Part shown: piece after piece, positions 26,715-38,120 of the stretch | How positions within the stretch are numbered: position 1 is the stretch's first letter | Layout: every line of letters starts with the position of its first letter | From: Octopus sinensis | Lineage: Eukaryota | Assembly: GCF_006345805.1 (NCBI RefSeq) | Contig: NW_021832599.1 | Span: 77,122-141,121 of the forward strand | Reading direction: 5' to 3' | Length of the DNA: 64,000 bases | Translations under genes and position numbers: made by a program | The notes under the pieces: generated by a model | Told to the model about the DNA's origin: nothing | What the model saw: only the letters and a program-made list of their open reading frames with translations | The model's database searches: none

Positions 26715-27122
26715 CAGTTTATTTCAAGATATCTTGCCAATAGAGAAAGAACCGGTTTCTAACCTAGATCCAAGGCTCCTTCATTGGGATTTCAAAATCA
26801 AAAACAGGGTCATTTTGTATGTATGTATACGTGCAGATTTGTATGTTTTGTCTTATGTATGTCTTCCTCATGCATGTACTTGCATGTCTAGACATGTTCA
26901 TATATACTTGAATGATGAACTTATGGAACATTTTACAGACTTTTACACAGTTCCAGTAATGGTCTGGATCTGTAGTCTTCGAATCATCTTTCTCCTTTCT
27001 GGTTTTGATAAGCCTAGTTTTTCAAGATTGGTATTTAGGCAGTGTATTACATATTCCAGTGCCCCAATAATTACAGGTATAAATCTGATCTTATAATCTC
27101 GATAAAGTAACTCCAGATTTCT
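26715..27122 (-). mobile_element. R4/Dong-like LINE 3' fragment (inverted)
   Basis: Reverse complement of 25270-25670: [26 protein letters not shown]... Confidence 0.85.
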
Positions 27123-27231
27123 CATCCATCCATCCATCCATCCATCCATCCATCCATCCATCATCCATCCATCCATACATCCATCCATACATACATACAT
27201 ACATACATACATACATACATACATACATACA

Positions 27232-27262
<31 letters not shown>

Positions 27263-27587
27263 GTATGTACGTACATATATACGTATGTATGTATTTGAGT
27301 CTGTCTTGCGTGACGTACGTCATAGGCACAGACACAAATTTTGAAATGTCCATTGGACATTCACAAGAATTGTATTGATTCATTTTTCACAGCAACGTTC
27401 CACTAAACAGGCAAGTATTATAAAAAAAGTTTCCTGGAATGTATGCTAATGTTTTTGAAGTGACTCCAAAAAATGTGACATGTGACATCGCACAAAATAA
27501 CTTTTTTTTGTCCGAAAAACGAAATTACTGCTAATTCTTCTAGATTTCTCCAGGGCAGCATAAAAATCTCTTGGTGTTTATTTACAC

Positions 27588-27820
27588 TATTTACTCTTTT
27601 ACTCTTTACTCTTTTACTTGTTTCAGTCATTTGACTGCGGCCATGCTAGAGCACCGCCTTTAATCGAGCAACTCGAACCCGGGACTTATTCTTTTGTAAG
27701 CCCAGTACTTATTCTATCTGTCTCTTTTGCCGAACCGCTAAGTAACGGGGACATAAACACACCATCATCGGTTGTCAAGCAATGCTAGAGGGACAAACAC
27801 AGACACACAAACACACACTG
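27588..27820 (-). mobile_element. SINE family B, 3' half
   Basis: Tail and body homology. Confidence 0.8.
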
Positions 27821-28209
27821 ACCTCGAAATTTCAAAAAAACGCTAATGGATTTTCTGAGCGACAATGTCCGTGCCCCACAATTCTCATTCACCTAGTGTA
27901 ACCTGCGTGACAAAAACCGATGTAACGTACGTGATAGAAAGTTTCATGTTAGAGGCAACGCTGCTTAGATCTGGAAGAAATCGTCCCAGTATCCGTATCT
28001 GGTCGAAAATTTACCATTTCAACATACCTTTTTACAAGAATATAAAGATTTTCCTGGAATTCTGAAAGTCTTTTTATATTCTAGAAGTCTTTAAAACTTA
28101 TTTTGGTTTAACTTTCTTGAGAATGGCTCATATATATGTGCAGGTATATGTATATATATATATATATATAATATAATATATATATTATTATATATATATA
28201 TATATATAA

Positions 28210-28503
28210 TAAAAGCAATTAAGATTCAAGTCAATTCTAATGAATTTACTTGAATGCGGTACTTAACTTAGATGCACCAGAAAACTATATGGTGATAACC
28301 ATACAGTAATGTGGGGTGATTATAAACGAGAAAGAAGCAACAAGAATGGATTAGTTTTTAGTACAATTGTTTCATACAAAGACAGGCTTTATTAAAAGTT
28401 GCAAATATTGCATCTGCTGCAATATTTGCAACTTTTAATAAAGCCTGTCTTGTATGAAACAATTGTACTAAAAACTAATCCATTCTTGTTGCTTCTTTCT
28501 CGT
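28210..28503. mobile_element. (TA)n-flanked short element with terminal fold-back (palindrome 28326-28503)
   Basis: Left part is homologous to 29460-29630; right arm is its inverted copy, differing only by single-base run-length indels. Confidence 0.85.
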
Positions 28504-28891
28504 ATATATATATATACGTACGAAGAAGAACACTGGAGTCTGTTGAGATTTTTGATAGGCAAAATTTTATTCTTTTCTTACACAAAAACAAATAACATCT
28601 TTACTACGAACAACAAAACGTCAAGAGAGTTTGAATGTTATTGTTCATGGTATAGTTGCAGCAGCAGCAGATAAAGTATTTTTAGCTGTTCATTGCCTTC
28701 GTGTTGTCAGCTGCTGCCCGCCGTCTCTGGTGGCCATCTCCTACAGTGTCTGTCAGTGTTTTCTCTGCTGCATCTCAAAGCTCTCTGTTTAATAGTCATG
28801 GTGTGTCGAATCTATACTGATTGATGAACTCAGAAGGAAGTGCGCCAAAAGATGAAGTCGTCGCTAGAGCCTATTCCACGCGAAGATTTTG

Positions 28892-28939
<48 letters not shown>

Positions 28940-28944
28940 ATATA

Positions 28945-29395
28945 TGTCTATGGCCAGCTGGAGGAGTGTGTCCTCCTGGGGCTAAAAACTACAGTAGCAT
29001 CCACTCTATGGGGTTAGCCATATTGAAATGGCAAAAATACGTCACGGTGTGTTACTGCTACTGTATATAACTCACTTTGATATTTATCATTGTTTGATTT
29101 CACTTTTTCAATATCAGCGACAGTGGACGCTGGAAAAAGTATAAGTATTTGTGAAGGAAATCTAATTCTCGGCGACAACTATGATTGTCACACGCTGACG
29201 AGAGGTCAATACCTCGAAACTCGAGTCCGTGTGTATCTTAAGTTGAAGACGGGAAGGATGACTTCCCTTTGCAAATACTGACAGGACACAGATAGTGTGT
29301 CTATGGCCAGCTGGAGGAGTGTGTCCTCCTGGGGCTAAAAACTACAGTAGCATCCACCCTTAGGGGTTAGCCATATTGAAATGGCAAAAATACGT

Positions 29396-29398
<3 letters not shown>
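28945..29398 (+). mobile_element. Retrozyme-like / non-autonomous Penelope-like element: 353-bp unit with 101-bp terminal direct repeats, inserted in (TA)n
   Basis: 28945-29045 repeats at 29298-29398 (3 mismatches); contains an intact hammerhead; no meaningful ORF; (TA)n on both sides. Confidence 0.75.
29183..29237 (+). ncRNA. Type I hammerhead ribozyme, canonical core
   Basis: Stem I CACACG/CGTGTG (plus GAT/ATC extension); CTGACGA 29195-201; stem II GAGGT-CAAT-ACCTC; GAAA; palindromic stem III ACTCGAGT; GUC triplet, predicted cleavage after 29227. Confidence 0.9.
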
Positions 29399-29435
<37 letters not shown>

Positions 29436-29450
29436 TTTTTTATATATATA

Positions 29451-29730
29451 AGTTCAGCAAAAATTAGATTCAAATGAATATGGTACTTAATTTAGATGCA
29501 CCAGAATTCTGTATGGTGTTATCCATAAAAATCCGTGGGGTGATTATAATCAAAATAAGCAACAAGAATGACTCCGGTAATTTGGTACGATCGTTTCGTA
29601 CTACATCATTTTATTAAATGTTGTATTACAACAGTTTTAAAATGCTGAGCACTCATCAGCCAATTATAGAGGTTTTCCATTAATACAAAAATTTTCATAT
29701 CAAGTGGCAACATTATAGAAAAGGTAGATA
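29451..29730 (-). mobile_element. Penelope-like terminal-repeat (pLTR-like) fragment ending at (TA)n
   Basis: Homologous to 28210-28410; carries a hammerhead; 3' end abuts the (TA)n tract. Confidence 0.6.
29578..29666 (-). ncRNA. Type I hammerhead ribozyme with long (55-nt) stem II
   Basis: Minus strand: TAATTGG-CTGATGA-GTGCT...TGTTGTA(A)TACAACA...AGTAC-GAAA-CGATCG-TA-CCAAATTA; all core nucleotides present; palindromic stem III ACGATCGT. Confidence 0.8.
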
Positions 29731-30565
29731 TATAGACACAAGATGTGGATTTAAATTTTAAGAACATTTGAGGTAGTGGAGCCCATCAACTGACTGACTA
29801 AGATTCAGTTGTTCCAGACTACTGTAAGGTTCTGAGAGGGAAGAACAAATGAAAGGAGACAATAAAGATTTTCTAATTATAGAAATGGGGTAAAGGGGAT
29901 GTCAGAGCTCCATATAAGGAATTTATGTAGAAAACAGCATTGTCACAACTAAATGCCAATTACTACTATTTGATGAGCAGATTCGGCGTTAGGAGAACTA
30001 GGTCAATGTCAAGTGGTCACAATAACATTCACAGAGAATGCAGAGACCTTACAAACCCTATGCATATCGACACAACAGTTGGTCTATAAGTTCCAAGTAC
30101 TTTGACACGTTAGAATAAAGGAAAAAATATAAATCTAAAATTTATTCAATTTGGAGAAAAAGACTATCACTTATTATGAGTAGGCATAGTACTTATTAAC
30201 TGGGGGGAAAAGCCTTATTAATCAAGTTGCACCAGTCGTGTCTTTCCTGGATGATCCACCAAGGGGTGAGAGAGTATCAATGGCTATTTGCCAAAAACAA
30301 TTAATGAAAGTGTAGTACATATTACCAAGAAACACTCGCATGTGACGAAAGGCTGTTCTGTATTGTATTATATTCCCACTATCCAACAATTATTTTGTCT
30401 TCTCATCTTTTCCCTACTTTTAGCACCTCAGCCCTTCCTTAAATTCCTCGGTCTCAGGAAACCGCCATAAGACATCCTCACTATTTCGAATTATAGTCTC
30501 CCTATATTTTCGGCAGCTTTCATATATGTCTAGTTACATCCGCACGAAATGTACTAGTCTTATAT

Positions 30566-33500
30566 ACATTTCTTTATTGCCCACAGGGGGCTAAACATAG
30601 AGGGGACAAACAAGGACAGATAATGGGATTAAGTCGATTACATCGACCCCAGTGATTGACTGGTACTTATTTAATCGCCCCCGAAAAGATGAAAGGCAAA
30701 GTCGACCTCGGCGGAATTTGAACTCAGAACGTAAAGACAGACGAAATACCTATTTCTTTACTACCCACAAGGGGCTAAACAGAGAGAGGACAAACAAGGA
30801 CAGACAAACGGATTAAGTCTATTATATCGACCCCAGTGTGTAACTGGTACTTATTTAATCGACCCCGAATGGATGAAAGGCAAAGTCGACCTCGGCGGAA
30901 TTTGAACTCAGAACGTAAAGACAGACGAAATACCTATTTCTTTACTACACACAAGGGGCTAAACAGAGAGAGGACAAATAAGGACAGACAAACGGATTAA
31001 GTCGATTATGTCGACCCCAGTGTGTAACTGGTACTTAATTTATTGACCCCGAAAGGATAAAAGGCAAAGTCGACCTCGGCGGAATTTGAACTCAGAACGT
31101 AAAGACAGACGAATACTATTTCTTTTACTACCACACACAAGGGGCTAAACACAGAGAGGACAAACAAAGACAGACAAGAGGATTAAGTCGATTACATCGA
31201 ACCCAGTGCGTAACTGGTACTTATTAATCGACCCTGAAAAGATGAAAGGCAAAGTCGACCTCAGCGGAATTTGTACTCAGAACGTAACGACAGACGAAAT
31301 ACCTATTTCTTTACTACCCACAAGGGGCTAAACACAGAGAGGACAAACAAAGACAGACAAGAGGATTAAGTCGATTACATCGAACCCAGTGCGTAACTGG
31401 TACTTATTTAATCGACCCTGAAAAGATGAAAGGCAAAGTCGACCTCAGCGGAATTTTACTCAGAACGTAACGACAGACGAAATACCTATTTCTTTACTAC
31501 CCACAAGGGGCTAAACACAGAGAGGACAACAAAGACAGACAAGAGGATTAAGTCGATTACATCGAACCCAGTGCGTAACTGGTACTTATTTAATCGACCC
31601 TGAAAAGATGAAAGGCAAAGTCGACCTCAGCGGAATTTGTACTCAGAACGTAACGACAGACGAAATACCTATTTCTTTACTACCCACAAGGGGCTAAACA
31701 CAGAGAGGACAAACAAAGACAGACAAGAGGATTAAGTCGATTACATCGAACCCAGTGCGTAACTGGTACTTAATTAATCGACCCTGAAATATTGAAAGGC
31801 AAAGTCGACCTCAGCGGAATTTGTACTCAGAACGTATCGGCAGACGAAATACCTATTTCTTTACTACCCACAAGGGGCTAAACAGAGAGGACAAACAAAG
31901 ACAGACAAGAGGATAAGTCGATTACATCGAACCCAGTGCGTAACTGGTACTTAATTAATCGACCCTGAAAAGATGAAAGGCAAAGTCGACCTCAGCAGAA
32001 TTTGTACTCAGAACGTAAAGACAGACGAAATACCTATTTCTTTACTACCCACAGGGGGCTAAACACAGAGAGGACAAACAAAGACAGACAAGAGGATTAA
32101 GTCGATTACATCGAACCCAGTGCGTAACTGGTACTTATTTAATCGACCCTGAAAAGATGAAAGGCAAAGTCGACCTCAGCGGAATTTGTACTCAGAACGT
32201 AACGACAGACGAAATACCTATTTCTTTACTACCCACAAGGGGCTAAACACAAGAGGACAAACAAAGACAGACAAGAGGATTAAGTCGATTACATACTCGA
32301 ACCCAGTGCGTACTGGTACTTAATTAATCGACCCTGAAAAGATGAAAGGCAAAGTCGACCTCAGCGGAATTTGTACTCAGAACGTATCGGCAGACGAAAT
32401 ACCTATTTCTTTACTACCCACCACAGGGGCTAAACACAGAGAGACAACAAAGACAGACAAGAGGATTAAGTCGATTACATCGAACCCAGTGCGTAACTGG
32501 TACTTAATTATCGACCCTGAAAAGATGAAAGGCAAGTCGACCTCAGCGGAATTTGTACTCAGAACGTAACGACAGACGAAATACCTATTTCTTTACTACC
32601 CACAAGGGGCTAAACACAGAGAGGACAAACAAAGACAGACAAGAGATTAAGTCGATTACATCGAACCCAGTGCGTAACTGGTACTTAATTAATCGACCCT
32701 GAAAGATGAAAGGCAAAGTCGACCTCAGCGGAATTTGTACTCAGAACGTAACGACAGACGAAATACCTATTTCTTTACTACCCACAAGGGGCTAAACACA
32801 GAGAGAGGACAAACAAAGACAGACAAACGGATTGAAGTCGATTACATCGACCCCAGTGCGTAACTGGTACTTAATTAATCGACCCTGAAAAGATGAAAGG
32901 CAAAGTCGACCTCAGCGGAATTTGTACTCAGAACGTATCGGCAGACGAAATACCTATTTCTTTACTACCCACAAGGGGCTAAACACAGAGAGGACAAACA
33001 AAGACAGACAAGAGGATTAAGTCGATTACATCGAACCCAGTGCGTAACTGGTACTTAATTAATCGACCCTGAAAAGATGAAAGGCAAAGTCGACCTCAGC
33101 GGAATTTGTACTCAGAACGTAACGACAGACGAAATACCTATTTCTTTACTACCCACAAGGGGCTAAACACAGAGAGGACAAACAAAGACAGACAAGAGGA
33201 TTAAGTCGATTACATCGAACCCAGTGCGTAACTGGTACTTAATTAATCGACCCTGAAAAGATGAAAGGCAAAGTCGACCTCAGCGGAATTTGTACTCAGA
33301 ACGTAACGACAGACGAAATACCTATTTCTTTACTACCCACAAGGGGCTAAACACAGAGAGGACAAACAAAGACAGACAAGAGGATTAAGTCGATTACATC
33401 GAACCCAGTGCGTAACTGGTACTTATTTAATCGACCCTGAAAAGATGAAAGGCAAAGTCGACCTCAGCGGAATTTGTACTCAGAACGTAACGACAGACGA

Positions 33501-35568
33501 AATACCTATTTCTTTACTACCCACAAGGGGCTAAACACAGAGGACAAACAAAGACAGACAAACGGATTAAGTCGATTACATCGACCCCAGTGCGTAACTG
33601 GTACTTAATTAATCGACCCTGAAAAGATGAAAGGCAAAGTCGACCTCAGCGGAATTTGTACTCAGAACGTATCGGCAGACGAAATACCTATTTCTTTACT
33701 ACCCACAAGGGGCTAAACACAGAGAGGACAAACAAAGACAGACAAACGGATTAAGTCGATTACATCGACCCCAGTGCGTAACTGGTACTTAATTAATCGA
33801 CCCTGAAAATGAAAAAGGCAAAGTCGACCTCAGCGGAATTTGTACTCAGAACGTATCGGCAGACGAAATACCTATTTCTTTACTACCCACAAGGGGCTAA
33901 ACACAGAGAGGACAAACAAAGACAGACAAGAGGATTAAGTCGATTACATCGAACCAGTGCGTAACTGGTACTTAATTATCGACCCTGAAAAGATGAAAGG
34001 CAAAGTCGACCTCAGCGGAATTTGTACTCAGAACGTAACGACAGACGAAATACCTATTTCTTTACTACCCACAAGGGGCTAAACACAGAGAGGACAAACA
34101 AAGACAGACAAAGGATTAAGTCGATTACATCGAACCCAGTGCGTAACTGGTACTTAATTAATCGACCCTGAAAAGATGAAAGGCAAAGTCGACCTCAGCG
34201 GAATTTGTACTCAGAACGTAACGACAGACGAAATACCTATTTCTTTACTACCCACAAGGGGCTAACACAGAGAGGACAAACAAAGACAGACAAGAGGATT
34301 AAGTCGATTACATCGAACCCAGTGCGTAACTGGTACTTAATTAATCGACCCTGAAAAGATGAAAGGCAAGTCGACCAAGTCTCAGCGGAATTTGTACTCA
34401 GAACGTAACGACAGACGAAATACCTATTTCTTTACTACCCACAAGGGGCTAAACCAGAGAGGACAAACAAAGACAGACAAGAGGATTAAGTCGATATACA
34501 TCGAACCCAGTGCGTAACTGGTACTTATTTAATCGACCCTGAAAAGATGAAAGGCAAATCGACCTCAGCGGAATTTGTACTCAGAACGTATCGGCAGACG
34601 AAATATCTATTTCTTTACTACCACAAGGGGCTAAACACAGAGAGGACAAACAAAGACAGACAAACGGATTAAGTCGATTACATCGACCCCAGTGCGTAAC
34701 TGGTACTTAATAATCGACCCTGAAAAGATGAAAGGCAAAGTCGACCTCAGCGAAATTTGTACTCAGAACGTATCGGCAGACGAAATACCTATTTCTTACT
34801 ACCCACAAGGGGCTAAACACAGAGAGGACAAACAAAGACAGACAAGAGGATTAAGTCGATACATCGAACCCAGTGCGTAACTGGTACTTAATTAATCGAC
34901 CCTGAAAAGATGAAAGGCAAAGTCGACTCAGCGGAATTTGTACTCAGAACGTAACGACAGACGAAATACCTATTTCTTTACTACCCACAAGGGGCTAAAC
35001 ACAGAGAGGACAAACAAAGACAGACAAGAGGATTAAGTCGATTACATCGAACCCAGTGCGTAACTGGTACTTAATTAATCGACCCTGAAAAGATGAAAGG
35101 CAAAGTCGACCTCAGCGGAATTTGTACTCAGAACGTAACGACAGACGAAATACCTATTTCTTTACTACCCACAAGGGGCTAAACACAGAGAGGACAAACA
35201 AGACAGACAAGAGGATTAATTCGATTACATCGAACCCAGTGCGTAACTGGTACTTATTTATCGACCCTGAAAAGATGAAAGGCAAAGTCGACCTCAGCGG
35301 AATTTGTACTCAGAACGTAACGACAGACGAATACCTATTTCTTTACTACCCACAAGGGGCTAAACACAGAGAGGACAAACAAAGACAGACAAGAGGATTA
35401 AGTCGATTACATCGAACCCAGTGCGTAACTGGTACTTATTTAATCGACCCTGAAAAGATGAAAGGCAAAGTCGACCTCAGCGGAATTTGAACTCAGAACG
35501 TAACGGCAGACGAAATACTGCTAAGCATTTCGCCCGGCGTGCTAACGTTTCTGCCAGCTCACCGCTTT
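30566..35568 (-). repeat. SINE A-derived satellite: 27 tandem ~184-bp units inside a single SINE insertion
   Basis: Tail at 30568, one intact head at about 35565, 27 CAGAACGTA..CAGACGAAAT landmarks counted; flanked by TACTAGTCTTATAT at 30552-30565 and 35569-35582. Confidence 0.95.
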
Positions 35569-35569
35569 T

Positions 35570-35647
35570 ACTAGTCTTATATCGTCTGAGGAGTAACTCA
35601 GTCGTGTCTCACGTATGAAACTATTAGTAACGATTTGTTAATCTAGT
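35570..35647 (+). ncRNA. Candidate type I hammerhead ribozyme
   Basis: Stem I ATCGT/ACGAT (distal ACTAG/CTAGT); CTGAGGA 35586-92; bulged stem II GTA/TAT + CGTG/CACG; GAAA; stem III ACTA-T-TAGT; GUA triplet, predicted cleavage after 35629. Confidence 0.7.
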
Positions 35648-35954
35648 GACTCTTACTTTATTAATATATACAATTTCACTCGTACTGACTATTTTTGTTC
35701 TTGCGAATTTCTTTAGTGTGTAAGCGTAGTGATATATGCGTGCGTGTATGTGCGTATTTGTGTGTGTACATATACGCGTTCGAACACACACGCGCTCACA
35801 TACACGCATGCAAACGGACACAGATGTACACACCCACGCAGCACGCCGTTTTGTTTTCTATTATAGAATTACCAAATGTTGGATGTCACGTCATTAAATT
35901 ATCGAAGAAATGTTCTCCATCTTAAGTATTTGTTTTCTTCCAATTATATGTATA

Positions 35955-36001
<47 letters not shown>

Positions 36002-36232
36002 GAGTCGTCTGTGTCTGTTTAAGTATTTGTGTGCGCGGATTTGTGCAGGTACGTGTGTATTGGTGTGCCTACATTTCTATTGTGAGATTTGTTCCAATAT
36101 CCTTGTGTGTATGCATGCTTCTGTTTGAAGATATATTTATTTGCAAATAATACATACATAAACACCACACACACACACACCACACACACACACACACACA
36201 TACATACAATATATATATATATATTTATATAT

Positions 36233-36263
<31 letters not shown>

Positions 36264-36482
36264 CATACACACACACATATATATATACATATATACATAT
36301 ACATGTGTGTGTGTGTTTGTGTGTGTATGTGGGCGTGTGTGTGTGCATACACGCATATATTTATACAGATATATACACACATACAGTTAGCCGCGTATAC
36401 ATATAAATTTTCTCTAAATAGTCTAATCTATATATGAGTGTGTGTGTGTGTTTGTGTGTGTGTGTGTTTGTGTGTGTGTGTT

Positions 36483-36525
<43 letters not shown>
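35955..36525. repeat. Compound (GT)/(CA)/(TA) microsatellites
   Basis: Direct reading. Confidence 0.9.
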
Positions 36526-36526
<1 letters not shown>

Positions 36527-37483
36527 TACTTGTAATGTCAACGTGTGTTTGCGCATGTCTATATATCTACAATGCGTGTGAGTCTCCCATGATTCGCGTG
36601 TATGATTGTCGACCAACATAAAAGTATTGAGTTAGCGCTTATTTTCAAAGGTTTTAATTAAACATCAGTAACGTCGATAAACTCAAATAAAATTACATTG
36701 TATATTGACGAAATAAAAATTCTACGATCGATAGAAATTTCAATAGAACCTTTTGAAAATGTATAAAGTTCGCTCGAAACATCATAAATGTTAATAGCTT
36801 CTTTCTAGTTCGGAATTTTATATTTTTGTCCCGTTTTATTATATTCTTATTTTATTAATATATTCGTGTGTATACACACATATATATATTGTGTGTGTGT
36901 ATATGCGTGTTTGTATGTGTGTGTGTGTATGAGTATGTGTGTTTGTGTGAATGTATATGTGTGTGTTAGTGTGGAAATTTAATTTCGATTTTTGCCTCTT
37001 TCAAAACCTTTCAGAGGTTCGAGCGGAGAAATTAATTATTCAATTTTAGCAGAGTTTTAAATGGTGACGTATTTGAATTGGACATCAATTCCTGTATATT
37101 TCCTGCTTCACTCCATCTTCTTTCCTTCTAACTTCAAACACTCCCGACTCTTCCTTCTCCTCCGTTCCAGAGGAGAAATTGTATCGCCTCAATGGCTGAG
37201 GCCCCAATGAATCAACAATGCAGTTTTGTTTTGGGTTTCCTCTGAAGACTTCGCCTTTATATCGTGAAACGCATATAGGGGAAAATACTCACCAAAATCG
37301 TTCTTCTAGAAAGCATTCATGTATAGTTAGCTAGTGATGTGTTTGTGACTACGTACGTGGTATACTTCGGAATTCAACAACTTACAACAAACGTAACATA
37401 TGGGTCCAGCTTATAAAATTCATTCGGGCTTCATGTACTTCCCCAATTTTTGAGAAGAGTCTGTGTTATGTGTTATTTCGTTC

Positions 37484-37548
<65 letters not shown>

Positions 37549-37869
37549 GCCATGTGTTGAGAGGGATTCTTTGGGGTTTGAATAATTCACCTCTGGAAAC
37601 ATGGGTGGTTCTTTCAACATCCTTAAACAACCCTTATTCAGGGACCTTTTGAGCGGGATGGGCTACTCAACCTGAAGAAAATTCTAACTGGGCCCCACCT
37701 GCAAGGTCATGTGCTGTTTATCTTGATATGAGATCACCATGTCGCGCACATATGGTTGTGATGCATGTGCCTGGTGTACCCTTATCAGACGGGTAGTCAT
37801 GATGGGTATATTGGGCTTCATATATTTTACCCCAGTGTCACTTTGATGGCATGCACTGCTTTCTCACTC

Positions 37870-37900
<31 letters not shown>
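37549..37900 (+). mobile_element. Retroposon 3' portion ending in (AAT)n, between AAT tracts
   Basis: Unique-looking body ending CACTCAATAATAAT; family assignment uncertain. Confidence 0.4.
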
Positions 37901-37902
<2 letters not shown>

Positions 37903-37904
37903 TG

Positions 37905-38120
37905 TGTACAGTGCTCAGGTGCACTACAACTCATCTAAAGTGTATATATAATCAGGTGTAGTTTCGGCTGATTTCGGAAAGCATGAGGGCCTTAAAGAAT
38001 GCTGTGTCATGGCAGTCAACAACTGACGCAGGCAGTTTATTCCATGCTTCAGCAACTCTGAGCGTGAAAAAATGTTTGCGAAAGTCATGGGAGCTGTGTT
38101 GTTTTCTGGGATAGACAACC
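37905..38120 (-). pseudogene. CR1/L2-group LINE 3' fragment
   Basis: RKHFFTLRVAEAWNKLPASVV is the conserved CR1 C-terminal motif; followed by an (AAT)n tail. Confidence 0.8.

Noticed and set aside
26407-27096. 229-aa ORF as a gene
   Set aside because: It is a chance fusion of SINE D and the antisense strand of an R4-like 3' fragment.
29750-30300. Possible decayed LINE reverse transcriptase (FDEQ, SKYFDTL)
   Set aside because: The motifs are too degraded to assign by eye; it needs a frameshift-aware protein search.
32342-35490. MKGKVDLSGI... ORFs in the satellite
   Set aside because: These are frames opened by single-base indels in the SINE unit on its antisense strand; there is no coding signal.
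30566-35568. CRISPR-like array
   Set aside because: Whole units are near-identical with no unique spacers, the unit is a SINE segment, and there are no cas genes.
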